Below are positions 42,157 to 55,739 of a stretch of 64,000 nt of DNA, piece by piece. The stretch's first letter is position 1; every line of letters begins with the position of its first letter. Below the pieces are notes generated by a model. It did not search any database. It was not told the DNA's origin and saw only the letters and a list, made by a program, of their open reading frames with translations. The DNA comes from the human T2T-CHM13v2.0 reference genome, Homo sapiens. The DNA is taken from assembly GCF_009914755.1 (NCBI RefSeq), contig NC_060928.1; one strand, given 5' to 3'. The position numbers and the translations under genes are program-made.

Positions 42157-43322
42157 AGGTGTTATTTCAGCTTTAAACACTGTTCTTTACCCCAGGTTAC
42201 TCAAAGCAGTTAATAAAAATTATAAGAAAGAGGGTGTGTGCTTCCTGAGCTCTGAGGAAATGAGGGGAGAGAATATGTGACATACTAAGCTCTGAATTTC
42301 TGTGACCCACAGTCTCCTTCAGTTTCCTTAAATGAATGCATTGCTTCTCTCCAAGGAAATGAACTTGATTGACTCTAGCTAGTATTAAGGAAAACGGCCT
42401 CTGGGCTTCCCTTAACTGTAACTTAAAGAAATCCTAGTGTGATAAAACCATGTTCATATTAGTGCTTTGCTGAGGGCTAAGTACCATGTTCTTGCTCATG
42501 AGATGAGGACAGTAAAATTGCAAGGATGGAATCACATATAGCAGATTTGAGCAGCGAGTGTGTGAACGTAGCAAACAGCTGAAAGAGGAATTTGTTTTTA
42601 AAGTTCAGCTAACACTTATCAGTTATGGCTGTTACCAAGGTTAATATTGCTGCTTGCCAGGATGTAGGTGAAGAAAACAGACTTCTGAATCAGACAACCC
42701 TTGGAATAAAGTCCCTGCTCTGAGATCTACTTGTGATAATCCTGCTTAAACCAATAAAACCTCTCTAAGTCTCAGGGTCCTTGTCTGTAAAATGGTTTAA
42801 TGATTCCCACCCCCACCAGGATTCATATAAAAATTACACATGTTCACTGACATTTATTAAATGTTAAAAATGCACAAAAATAGAAAAACAAAACAAAATT
42901 AAAAGGTTGCATCTTTCACCTATTGCACAATTTATGTTGGGGTCTTCACTGAAGACTCAGCATATCATTATGCTGTTAAACAAAAAAAGAAAAATATATT
43001 AGCTACCACTTTTCTTCCCTCCACGTTCAATGTTCCTATATTAATGTCTTCAGTGAGGAAGGATCTGTATAATTAGCCATTCAGGTATGAATTCATTTTC
43101 AAAGTAGAGAAAGATGATTAATTTGTTAATGGATGAGTATATTCACTGGTTAATGAATTTTATAACTTGGCTAAATTCTGTACCTGTTCAATGAGGTTTT
43201 ATTTTATATGTATTCACTAAGCACAGATTTTCATTATGTAAATTGCACTTTATGAATATTTATTTGGTAAAGTTCCATTTTTTAACATTTAAATGTATTT
43301 AATGCCCTTAGATGAATTTTGA

Positions 43323-43932
<610 letters not shown>

Positions 43933-44348
43933 AGATTGTGTTAAACATTTAACATGGATTGGCTGATGTAATCTTTACAACACCTCTAATGACATTAGAC
44001 CCCCTTTTACAGATGAGAAAAGTAAGTTGGAGATGCAATTGATTTCTTAAGTCACTAAGATGCTGTGAGACTAAGGATGACTCCGTGTAGCCTGACTCTG
44101 GATATCAGTGATTGTGCTTTGTATGAGAACAGGTGCAGCCTGGAATAGAGTACATGGGTTTCCATTCAGGAACAAGGTCTATCTGGGGAGAGGAAAAAAT
44201 GTCATAATAGTGATGGGTTAAATTTATTAAGGGCTTATTATGGGTGGGCACTTCACATGTCATACCCTAGTTATTCCTCAAAATAAACCATTGAAATGGG
44301 TATTATCATTCTCATTTTACCGCTAAGAAAACTGAGGCACAGAGAAGT

Positions 44349-44700
44349 TGTCTTTGTTCATTTAGGCTGTTATAACACAACATGATACTGGGTGGCTTAA
44401 ACATCAAAAATTTATGTATCACAGTACTGGAGGCCAGGAAGTCCAAGGTCAAAGGGTCAACAGGTTTCATGTTTGCTGAGGGGCTACTTTCTGGTTCATA
44501 GATGGCTATTTTGTCACTGTTACCTCACATGGAAGAAAGTAGAGGGATCTATCTGGAACCTCTCTAATGAGGGCACTAATCCTATTCATGCAGGCTCCAC
44601 CCTCATGACCTAATCATTGGCCAAAGACCTTACTTCCCAATATCACTATATTGAGGATTGGGTATCAACATAAATTTTGGGAAGAACACAGACTACAGCA
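44349..44700 (-). mobile_element. MLT1A-like LTR inside a MIR
   Basis: TG...CA ends; TSD gaagt on both sides; MIR continues across it. Confidence 0.8.
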
Positions 44701-45364
44701 GAAGTTATGTAACTTGCCCAAGTTCAAATGGTTACCAAGTGATGAAGCCGGAATTGCAGGCTCATTACCGCACTGCTAGACTCCCACTTGAGAAGGGGGC
44801 TGAGTCTGCTCACATCTTTCTTGCTTTCAGCAGAAATAGCTTAGACACAGGAATAAGTCTGATTCTGAATAGGATGTCCTAGGGTCCACTCTAGGGTAGG
44901 GATGTCAGAATGACAGAGGCATGAGCTGACACTTATGGATTCTTCTCAGGATCCCAAAATTAATATTTTATTTAACTTTTAGTTTGTCTTTTCAGCGGAA
45001 GCCACATGCAGAAAAGAAGTATAAAATGGCATACTATAGTATGCAGTATCCAGATAGACCTTGTTCTTGAGTGGAAACACATCTACTCTATTCTAGGCTG
45101 CTCCTCTTCTCATGCATACTATAATGGCATATTATAGTATGTAAGCCATTAGCACTAACTTATGGTTCAGGAAAGCAATCCATTGCTGTGCTACTTCACA
45201 GCACCCTTTTACCTCAGTCATGGGCCCATCTCACTGTGAGATGCAGTCACCTAGTCCAAGATTGCCCCCCGACCCCAAAGAAACCTAGCATTATCAAGAA
45301 ATTATGATGCATTGTGTCCATGTACTTGTTGACATCGGAGCTTGTCATTCCCAAAGGCCCATTA

Positions 45365-45738
<374 letters not shown>

Positions 45739-46980
45739 TTAGGAATAACAAAATATTCAACAATACCCCTTTTAAGAAAACAATAAGATTCATTGTCCTT
45801 AAGAGAATAGTACAATACTTCCAGAATTTATAGCAACAGGAAATGGTACCTGCTGGATGGATTGTATAATTCAGGTAATAACCAAGGGACCATTCAATGA
45901 CACTTTCCAGGAGTTCTGGCATACTTCAAAGGAGTCATTTGAAGACCAAATAGGCAAGGAAATAAACAGAGCCAGAGGAGTATCACATGGCCTAAAATAT
46001 GATTTCTCAACAGAACCTAGATTCAATGGAAAAAATTAAAAAATCTTTAAACAAAAATACAAAACAAAACAACATAATAACACTCCTATAACAAGGTCTA
46101 CCAATAATATTAGTCATAGGTGGGACTGCCAACTTCCCAGGGGTCATCTATACTTCCTTAGAAATAAATAAAACGATGGAAATTTTCTACTAGAAGATTT
46201 TGAAAACCCTGAGGATCATTGAGGACTTATAATGTGGAACACAGCAGAGATGGTGAGGGCAGCAACTTAATTAAAATATCAGGCTCACACATGATCATTT
46301 ATTTAGGTACTTCTGCACATCAGCAATGTGGACCTTTACATTCATGATTTCATTTAATCCTCACCATAAGTCCCAAGAAAGAAAAATCATTCTTGATTCC
46401 AATTGGGGAAATCAAACACAGAGCAATTAAGAAAATTGTCTAAAGTGACACAGCTCATTAGCAGTAGAACCAAATTTTACCCACTTCAAGGTAAAGACCA
46501 TTCTGTTCTGAGACTGGAACCCTGACTTTATTATTCAATTTTAAACATGGCAAAAACAGCAACAACAACAACAGTAACTTGTTCTTTAACTTTCCATGAC
46601 GGGTTTAAGCAAAGAACAATTAGAAATAGTTGAAAACGAAGTATGCTTCATTGAAGATCAAATCGTAGTACCAAAGAATGACCTCCTTGACTCATTCTTC
46701 TCCCCTTCAGGCAGCTTCAGACATAGGCAGTGGCAACAACTGACGATAAAGTTCCTGAGTGATTCCAGGATCCAGATAACCAAGCTAGGACATCAGAACC
46801 TTTTCTCTTGACCCACAGGAACATATGGGGAAATGTCAAACCAGGCAAAGCTTCTGAATGGAATTTCCTGTCTGTTCTTCGGAAATCTCAGGGAGGGAGT
46901 AGAAAAGTTACCACTGCAAGTGAGAGTAGTTCCATTCACTTCTGGGAAACAAACTTCTTACAAGCAACTGATTCAAATAA

Positions 46981-47351
<371 letters not shown>

Positions 47352-47993
47352 GGGATATATTATTTATGGTCTTTATGTATCAGCTAATGTCCTCAGTCCT
47401 TAAATGTGAACTCGCTTAGTCCTCCGAGTGACTCATGACTCAAGAATGGCTAATTCTCACTTTTTCACATAATTAAACAAAGGCTCAGGGCCATCAAGGC
47501 GTCTGAGGTCTCACAGCTGGTAACTGCAGGATCCCATTTACATGCACATCTGTCTAACTCATCTGTCCAGGTGAGTGACAGTGAGGAGGCATCTAAACCC
47601 TTGCCACCACACGGAATTAAATAAAAGACCAGAGGCAAGTTTTGCTGGAGTGAAGAAGTCTCAGGATACAACAGCTGTCTGACTTCAAGTCGGGGGAAAA
47701 AAATGATAAAAGCTGAAATGCTTTGCTTAAATGGGGAGAGAAGGTGTTCCAAAAAAAAGTGTCCCTAGGCAAGTTAAGCTCCTGAATAACTCAAGAGGCA
47801 ACACAGCTTAGAGAGGAAGCAGATGGAGACTCATGATTTCCATTGCCTGAGTTTGCACCTCAGCCTTGCCACCCCCAAGGTTGGTGAATTTAGGCAAACA
47901 CCTAGGACTTCTGATGGTGCATGCATTTTGTTCAGGTCCGCTGAGAACCAGTGCCAAGATGTGATTAAACTCATAAGACATTTATTAGAAGGG

Positions 47994-48360
47994 TGTTTTA
48001 GTCAGCTTTTGGTACCATACTAAATACCATAGACCAGGTGGCTTAAACAACAGAAATTTATTTTCTCACACTTCTGGAAACTGGGAAATCCAAAATCAAG
48101 GTGCCAGCCAATTTGGTTTCTGGTGAGAACTCTCTTCCTAACTTGCAAACGCCTACCTTCTCACCAAGTCCTCATATGGTAAAGAGAAAGAGAGAAAGAG
48201 AGGCCACAGTCCTATCCCATTAAGGTCCCACTCTTATGAACTCATTTAACCTTCATTATCTCATAAAGACTCTATCTCCAACTACAATCACACTGCCTGT
48301 TAGGGGTTCAACATTTCAATATGGGTTGGGGAGGGGAGGTACACAATTCAGTCTATAGCA
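47994..48360 (-). mobile_element. MLT1A0-like LTR
   Basis: tgttttagtcag...ggcttaaacaacagaaattt...caattcagtctatagca. Confidence 0.8.
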
Positions 48361-49214
48361 GGGAGGGAAGGGTGGGGGACTGTCAGATCTCTATATGGGT
48401 CTGACAACTGTGAAAGAAGAGAGAGAAAGAAAAAGTCTTGAGTAGGAAGGATGTTCAACTGTAGCACAGTTTCAAGAAAGATTTGGCCAGGCTCATGGAG
48501 CTCAAGAGCTTGAGCCAAAGCCATTCAAGCAGTCCTGCTTCTACCTGGACTGGGAATGGAGTGCCCTGCTGTGCTCAGTAACTGGTCTGGGGGCAGTCTT
48601 CAGGAAGTGTGGTTTCAACAATCATGGTAATGGATTTCAAGGGTCAGCATGTAAGACTAGAAGCAAAATATGCCTCCTATTGCAAGAGATCTGAGTAGCA
48701 CATTTCCCTGGCTGCTTCCCTTCATAGGTAAAGAAAGAGCAACAAAAGTGTGTAATTTAAAGAGCTTCTTGGCCAGATTAAATGAGTTAATATAAAGTTC
48801 ATGGCTCATGCCTGGCACATATGAGCACTTAATGTATGTTAGTTCTTATTAAAATGTATTTCTTATACATCCTGATCTTTGAGTGCCACATGGAAAGAGC
48901 TCTCATTACATATTCATCCCAGGTTGTGCTTGTTGATCATCAACACCCATACTTCAATTAAATATACCATTGGTTTTATTGCTTTGTAAAAGTGTTCCAG
49001 AGATAATCAGTGTGGATGCTAGAAAAGGTTATTGCTCTATAAAAGGGATAAAGAGCTCAATTTTCCTGACTTGAGTTTGTGACCATAATATGCAATTATA
49101 ATTGCATTGGTTATTTATTTGTCCCTAGTTTAGTTGAGGTACCTTAGAATTACAAAGTTTTAGAATTAACTGGAAAATGTTAAGCCATCTGGTCTAAACA
49201 CCATGCTCTGTTTA

Positions 49215-49570
49215 TGATATGGTTTGGCTGTATCCCCACCGAAATCTCATCTTGAATTCTCACATGTTGTGGGAGGGATCTGGTGAGAGGTAACTGAATT
49301 ATAGGGACAAGTCTTTCTTGTGTTGTTATCGTGATAGTGAATAAGTTTCACAAGGTCTGATGGTTTTAAGAAGAGAGTTCTCCTGCCAAGCTCTTTCTCT
49401 CTGCCTGCTGCCATCTATGTAAGACCTGACTTGCTCCTCCTTGCTCTCTGCCATGATTGTGAGGTTTCTCCAGCCACATGGAAGTGAAAGTCCAATTAAA
49501 CCTCTTTCTTTTGTAAATTGCCCAGTCTTGGGTATGTCTTTATCAGCCCCAATGAAAACAAACTAATACA
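49215..49570 (+). mobile_element. THE1 solo LTR
   Basis: tgatatggtttggc...actaataca; perfect TSD gttta. Confidence 0.93.
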
Positions 49571-49759
49571 GTTTAGCTTTCCCAAAGAAATGATCCTTCA
49601 GCCTCTTTTCACCAATGGTAATGATGAAAAGCCTACTGGTTTGTGGGGTTGGCTCCTCCTTGTTTGGGCTTTGTTCAGGCCACCTTCTATCTGGCTCTCT
49701 GGATCCTTCTTCAGCACCCTGTGCTTTCTTCCAGGAGGCTGATTTCTATGGACTACATT

Positions 49760-50344
49760 ATTTTTATTTTTTTCTTCAATTTTTATTTTAAGTTTCAGGG
49801 TACATGTGCAGGATGTGCAGGTTTGTTACAAAGGTAAACGTGTGCCATGGTGGTTTGCTGCACAGATTAACCCATCATCTAGGTATTAAGCCCAGCATCC
49901 ATTAGCTATTATTCCTGATGCTCTCCCTCCCCTGCAACCCCCAACAGGCCCCAGTGTGTGTTGTTCCTCACCATGTGTCCATCACTGATCATTAGAGAAA
50001 TGCAAACAAAAACCACAATGAGATACCATCTCATGCCAGTCAGAATGGCAGTTATTAAAGAGTCCAGAAACAACAGATGCTGGTGAGGTGTGGAGAAAAA
50101 GGAATGCTTTTTCACTGTTGGTGGTAGTGTAAATTAGTTCAACCTTTGTGGAAGATGGTGTGGCAATTCCCCAAAGATCCAGAAGCAGAAATACCATTTG
50201 ACCCAGCAATCCTCTTACTGGGTATATAACCCCCAAAATAGAAAACATTCTATATAAAGATACATGCATGCCTATGTTCATTGCAGCACAATTCACAATA
50301 GCAAAGACATGGAATCATCCCAAATGCCCATCATTTGATAGACA
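49760..50344 (-). mobile_element. 5'-inverted L1PA (L1PA8-like)
   Basis: 3' UTR on minus strand 49760-~49982, ORF2 C-terminal segment on plus strand ~49980-50344; TSD ggactacatt at 49750-49759 and 50345-50354. Confidence 0.88.
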
Positions 50345-51950
50345 GGACTACATTTTTGCTTCCAATTGAGTTTGACCCATGGATTTAGCCAGCATCCACC
50401 AGGATATTGGCAGGTGGGAGGGGGGAAATCAGGCTACTTATTTCCATGGGTCCCAGGTGTAGCCCTGATTGAAGTTACCACTCTCAAACCACTGAGTGCT
50501 AGCAACTGTCTTTCCCACTCTGTTTCTTTTATTAGCTGAGCTGGTGTTCCACTATAGCCCATTCATACCTTTGTAGTTAGTTCTTTAATGAGTTCGTCCC
50601 AAATTATCTCAATTTAAATTTGTTGTATTTCCTGTTGGTATCCCCACTACCACAGACTGCTTTAAATTAATAAAATTATATTCCTTAGAGAGGTGATGCA
50701 GCCACTTGGAGTCATACAGAGATGGTCTTACCCATTTCTTCAAATAACAGCTCTTCGAATCCACAGGGCAGAACTTAATAGAAACCAAAAAATCTGGACA
50801 CTGCTACTTTCCAGTCTGTTGCTTTTGTGACAATGATTTTGAGAGGCATTTTGTGGAAAATCAAATTCAATAGCTAAGTGTTTTTTGTAAATATCTAGCT
50901 GAGCTCAACAATCTTTTTTACACCTTTCATTCAAAAATTTTTCTAAGTCTTTTAATAATCTATTTTTATTTTCAGTCCTCATCACCTCTTAGGAGAGCAC
51001 ACTCTCTCTGTGAATTCCTTTGTAATGCTAGCTGCTCTCTATGAGTGTGGTGAATGGGGTATTGATAAAGCACTGATAGCCTTTATGTGTTCTTAATTTA
51101 CTGTTGCTTATTTCCCCTAAAGATACACTATACATCTTTAATGTTATTACATTTTCATTTCTAATGACTGACAAAGAAACTGTGTGGGGAGAGGAAGAGA
51201 AGGCAGGATGGAAAAAGAACAAAGAAATCTGCAGCCCCACCACACAAACCCACCCAGTTAACTGTGTTTTGAATAACATATTGTCTTAGCGCACAGAATA
51301 ATATTTTTATGTGTTATAATTGTATCCTTTTTGCACTATATTTTTCAACTAACATTAAAATACTCTCCAATATTTTATGTAGCTTTCTGGAAAGAAAAAA
51401 CTCCATGTGCATATAAAGATTATACAATACACCATTGTGTTTCTATGCCACAAGTTACTTAACCTTGTCTTATAATTTGATTTGTTATGTAAGTTATGTT
51501 ACATAAAACAAAACTTGATATTTGATTTGTTTATAAGCTTGACTATTATAAATGTTAACAATGTATATCCTTGGAAGTAAGACTTTCTGTTGTTGCTCTT
51601 TGTTTTCATTTTCCTCCTTTGGGTTTTATTCTCAGAAATTAACCATAGGTATCAAAACATTTAAACAATTATCAATCTCTAGTACCATGAACTGTATAAG
51701 AATTTCTAAATAACCACACCTGGGCCAGCAAAATATTGTCATCAGTGCAAACCCTGTTAATGTTCCAATTTCAACCTTTCTGGTGTTGTTTGTGGTCTTG
51801 GCTAATGTTCAATCACTTACACAAATGATTAATGATATTCCAACCCAGAGGCTTAGAATATTAATGGTTGTAGGCTGTTTTCTCTGGATCAAGATTTGTT
51901 CTAGACACTATGCCAGATGGGCCTGATGCTTGCATAACATTCAAGCAGGA

Positions 51951-53911
51951 CAGTTAAGCCTTGAACTGCATGGACTTCAACTGTGGTGGTCCACTGATAC
52001 ATAGATCTTTTTCAATAAATATATTGGAAATTTTGGGGGGGGATTTGAAGTGACAATTTGAAAAAACTCACAGACCAATCGCATCACCTAGAAATACTGA
52101 AAACAATTAAGAAAGGGTAACTATGTCATGAATCATAAATATATGTAAATACTAGTCTATTTTATCATTTACTACTATGATACATGTGTCTATTATGAAA
52201 AGTTAAAAATTTGCAAAATATATGCACACACAGACAAACCATGGCACCATTTGCAATCAAGAGAAAGGTAAACAAATGTAAAGATTCAGTATTAAGTTAT
52301 AACTGCATACAATTAACAGTAGTAATACTGTACCATTGTAATAATTTTGTAGCCACCTCCTGTTGCCATTAAGTCAAGCTCATGTGTTACCAGTATCAGC
52401 TTAAAATGCTGGGTTACACTAATCATATCCCCTGAGCAGTTTGTCTCTCTAGTAAATTGCAAATCACAGTAAAAAGTGATCTTTTACGATTCTTGCATAT
52501 TTTTCATTGTGTTTTATGCAATACCATAAATCTTGGAAACACTATGGGACCTATAAGAAGTGCCAACAGTCTTTTGGTTGTGTAACAGTAAGGTCTGGAC
52601 AACAAGAACCCTTTTTCTGGACTGGTTCCTTCGATGCTTTGTTTCAAAAGTCAGGAAATACCTTGCTAGTAAAGGACTGTCATAAAGTTCTTTTGAAATT
52701 GTATGATGCCTCTGACCATCTGAAACCTCTTGAGTTAAACGCTGATTGTGGTGCCAAAGTGATCTATTTGCCTCCAAACACAACATCCCTAGTTTAGCCT
52801 CTAGATCCAGGGCCATACAAACCTTTAAGTCTCATTACACACAGTGATCTATGGAAAGGGTTGCCAACACTGTGGAAGGGAACTTTGACACAGAACATTC
52901 TGAAAGTCTGGAAGAATTATACTATCGTTGCTATGAGAAAAGCCATGAAAACCTTAGACAATAAATTCCTGCTGGGGAAAACTGTGTCCAGAAGTTGTGC
53001 TTGACTTCACAAGATTTATGACAGAGACAGTCCAGGAAGTCATGAAAGAGATTGTGAATATGGCAAAGGAAGGGAGGTGACAGTTGTGAAGGGTTTCACT
53101 ATATGGATCTTGGAGAAAGGAGCTAATAGTCACCACATCAGAGGAATTAACAAGAGATGAATCGATGGACCTGAGTGCTCCCAAACCAGTGCCTAATGAT
53201 GAGGAAGAAGATGGAAAAAAACAAAACAAACAAACAAACAAACAACAACAACAACAAAAAAACAGTGCCAGAAAACAAATTGACATTAGATAATCTGGAA
53301 GAAGAGTTTTGGTTATTCAAGACCGCTTCTGTTTTCTTTTTATGACATGAACCCTTCTGTGATGCAGGCACTGAAACTAAGCAAATGACAGAAGAAGGAC
53401 TGTGACTGTATAGAAATATTCATGGAGAAATGAAAAAATGAAATATCAAATAGAAATTAGGTTGTATTTCTGTGAAGTTACACTGAGGGTTCCTGTCTCT
53501 CCTGCCTCACCTTTTGCTTCCTTCACTTCTGCCTCTGCCACTCTTCAAACAGTAACACCAACCCCTCCTCTTCCTCCTCCTCCTCCTTAGCCTACTCAAT
53601 GTGAAGACAAACAGAATGAAGACCTTTATGATGGTCCAATTCTCCACTGAATAAATAGTAAATAAGTTTCTCTTCCTTATAATTTTCTTCTAGTATTTTT
53701 TTCACTAGCCTATTTTATTATAAGAATACAATCTATAATACATATAACATACAAAATATATGTCAATCGACTGTTTATGTTATTGGTAAGGCTTCAGGTC
53801 AACAGTAGGCTATTAGTAGTAAAGGTTTTAGGGAATCAAAAGTTATACTCAGATTTTCGACTGCACTGGGGGTTGGTGCCTTCAATCCTCATGTTGTTCA
53901 AGGGTCAACTG
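51951..53911 (+). mobile_element. Tigger2 (TcMar-Tigger) with both TIRs, internally deleted
   Basis: cagttaagccttgaac.../...gttcaagggtcaactg TIRs; transposase remnant VIYLPPNTTSLV*PLD (DDE_1-type motif). Confidence 0.88.
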
Positions 53912-55377
53912 TATATATAATTTTAAGGCATATAAGAGCATATATATGTTTTTAATAGATACTTCAGTTGCTTTCAGTATCACTTTACACTATCATTTAA
54001 TAAAATATTTGTTCATACATCTTTCCTTCAGGTATTGTTATTTCCTAAAAACAGATTTCTTGAAGAAGAATTATTCACCAAAAGATAATACACCCCATTA
54101 AGGACCTTGATACATATGGTTCAGTTGCTTTCTTGAATATTTTCACCACTTGAACTTGAGATTCAAGTTCATGTGCTAATTGATAGATCCTCATCAGTGT
54201 TAAACCCTACATATTTATAAAATGTATATATACATATATATAAATAAATTTGATAGGTGAAATTCATTCACTTATATCACAATTACCTGTAAAATATTCC
54301 TAGAGTTTCTGAGTAATTATCCATACCTTTACTTAGTAATTATTTTAGCTTTTGAGAGTATAAACTTTTCCCACCTGCTTCTAGCACAATGGGCCTCAGT
54401 GAAAGTCTTTTTACTCTAGTCATATATTTCTTAAGGTCGCCCAGAGAGCCCTTTCATTTTTAACTTTTCAAACTGAAGAGAACAAACAGCATAGCAGGCA
54501 CAGGAGGAGAATTTTCAGCTTGCAGCTGGTTAGCGGTTATCAAAGCATATCCCACTAATATTCCAGTTCCACCCTCTCTGGCACTGTCTGTGGTCTTAGC
54601 TAATGCTCAATCAGTTACACAAATGATTACTGACCCACAGCCTTGGGATATTAATCGTTATAAAGTGTAGCCTGCTGTGCAAGATGTTATGTAGATGGGT
54701 CTGACGCTTGCAAAACATTAAAGCAAAAACACAACATTTCCATAGCATTGTCCTCAAAAGCACCTATAAAAATGGACCTACATATTTTGAAAAGTATATG
54801 TATCTGGAGATAACATGAGATACACAAAGGAGAGGGAGATTTTCTTATGGAAATGCCTGATAAGAAGCCATTTAATTAGGCTCCCTCACCACATTTTTTT
54901 TTCCTCTAACGTCTAAGACTGTTGAGAAAAGATGCTCTATGTAAAGTGACTTTCACAATGTTCAGCATATGCTTTGTGTTTAGAGAAGGGTGATACATAT
55001 TATGCACTCAAGCATATCACTACATAGCTATGTGACACCGTGTCAGCAACTCAGTTTCTCTGAGCTTCAGTTGCTTTATCTGTTGAATTAAGGCACCAGA
55101 CGACATGAACCATACTCCAAAAATGAAATACTGATAAGAGGGGATGGAGAGCTATTGGAGCCCTATCATTTGCACACCTGGACCACGTGATGGAGAACCA
55201 GGGATGACAATTGAGAGGAGAGACAGAGAACCCTCCATCTGTGTCAAAATGCCCAGTGTTACCACCAACAAGAGTCAGCCACATCAAAACAGGTACTGGG
55301 ATAAAACACATTCCATCTTTTTGCCAGGTTTCACCCTGTCTCCAGGTAAAAAATCAGGAGAGTTTACAGAGCACAAG

Positions 55378-55739
55378 TGTATCAGTTCATTTTCACGCTG
55401 CTGTTAAAGACATACCTGAGACTGGGTAATTAATAAAGAAAAAGAGGTTTAATAGATTCACAGTTCCATGTGGCTGGGGAGGCCTCATAATCATGGCAGA
55501 AGGTGAAAGGCAAATCTTACATGGCAGCAGGGAAGAGAGAATAAGAATGAAGTGAAAAGGGTTTCCCCTTATAAAACTATCAGATCTTGTGAGACTCATT
55601 CACTACCATGAGAATAGTATGGGGGAAACCACCTCCATGATTCAATTATCTCCCACCGGGTCCCTCCCACAACACGTAGGGATTATGGGAGCTATAATTC
55701 AAGATGAGATTTGGATGGGGACACAGCCAAACCATATCA
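55378..55739 (-). mobile_element. THE1 solo LTR
   Basis: tgtatcagt...ccaaaccatatca; TSD acaag/acagg. Confidence 0.92.

Noticed and set aside
52507-53371. Domesticated transposase gene
   Set aside because: Stops, frameshifts and internal deletions mark a decayed Tigger2
54151-54171. Perfect 9-bp-stem hairpin tgaacttga-gat-tcaagttca
   Set aside because: A stem this short is expected by chance in 64 kb
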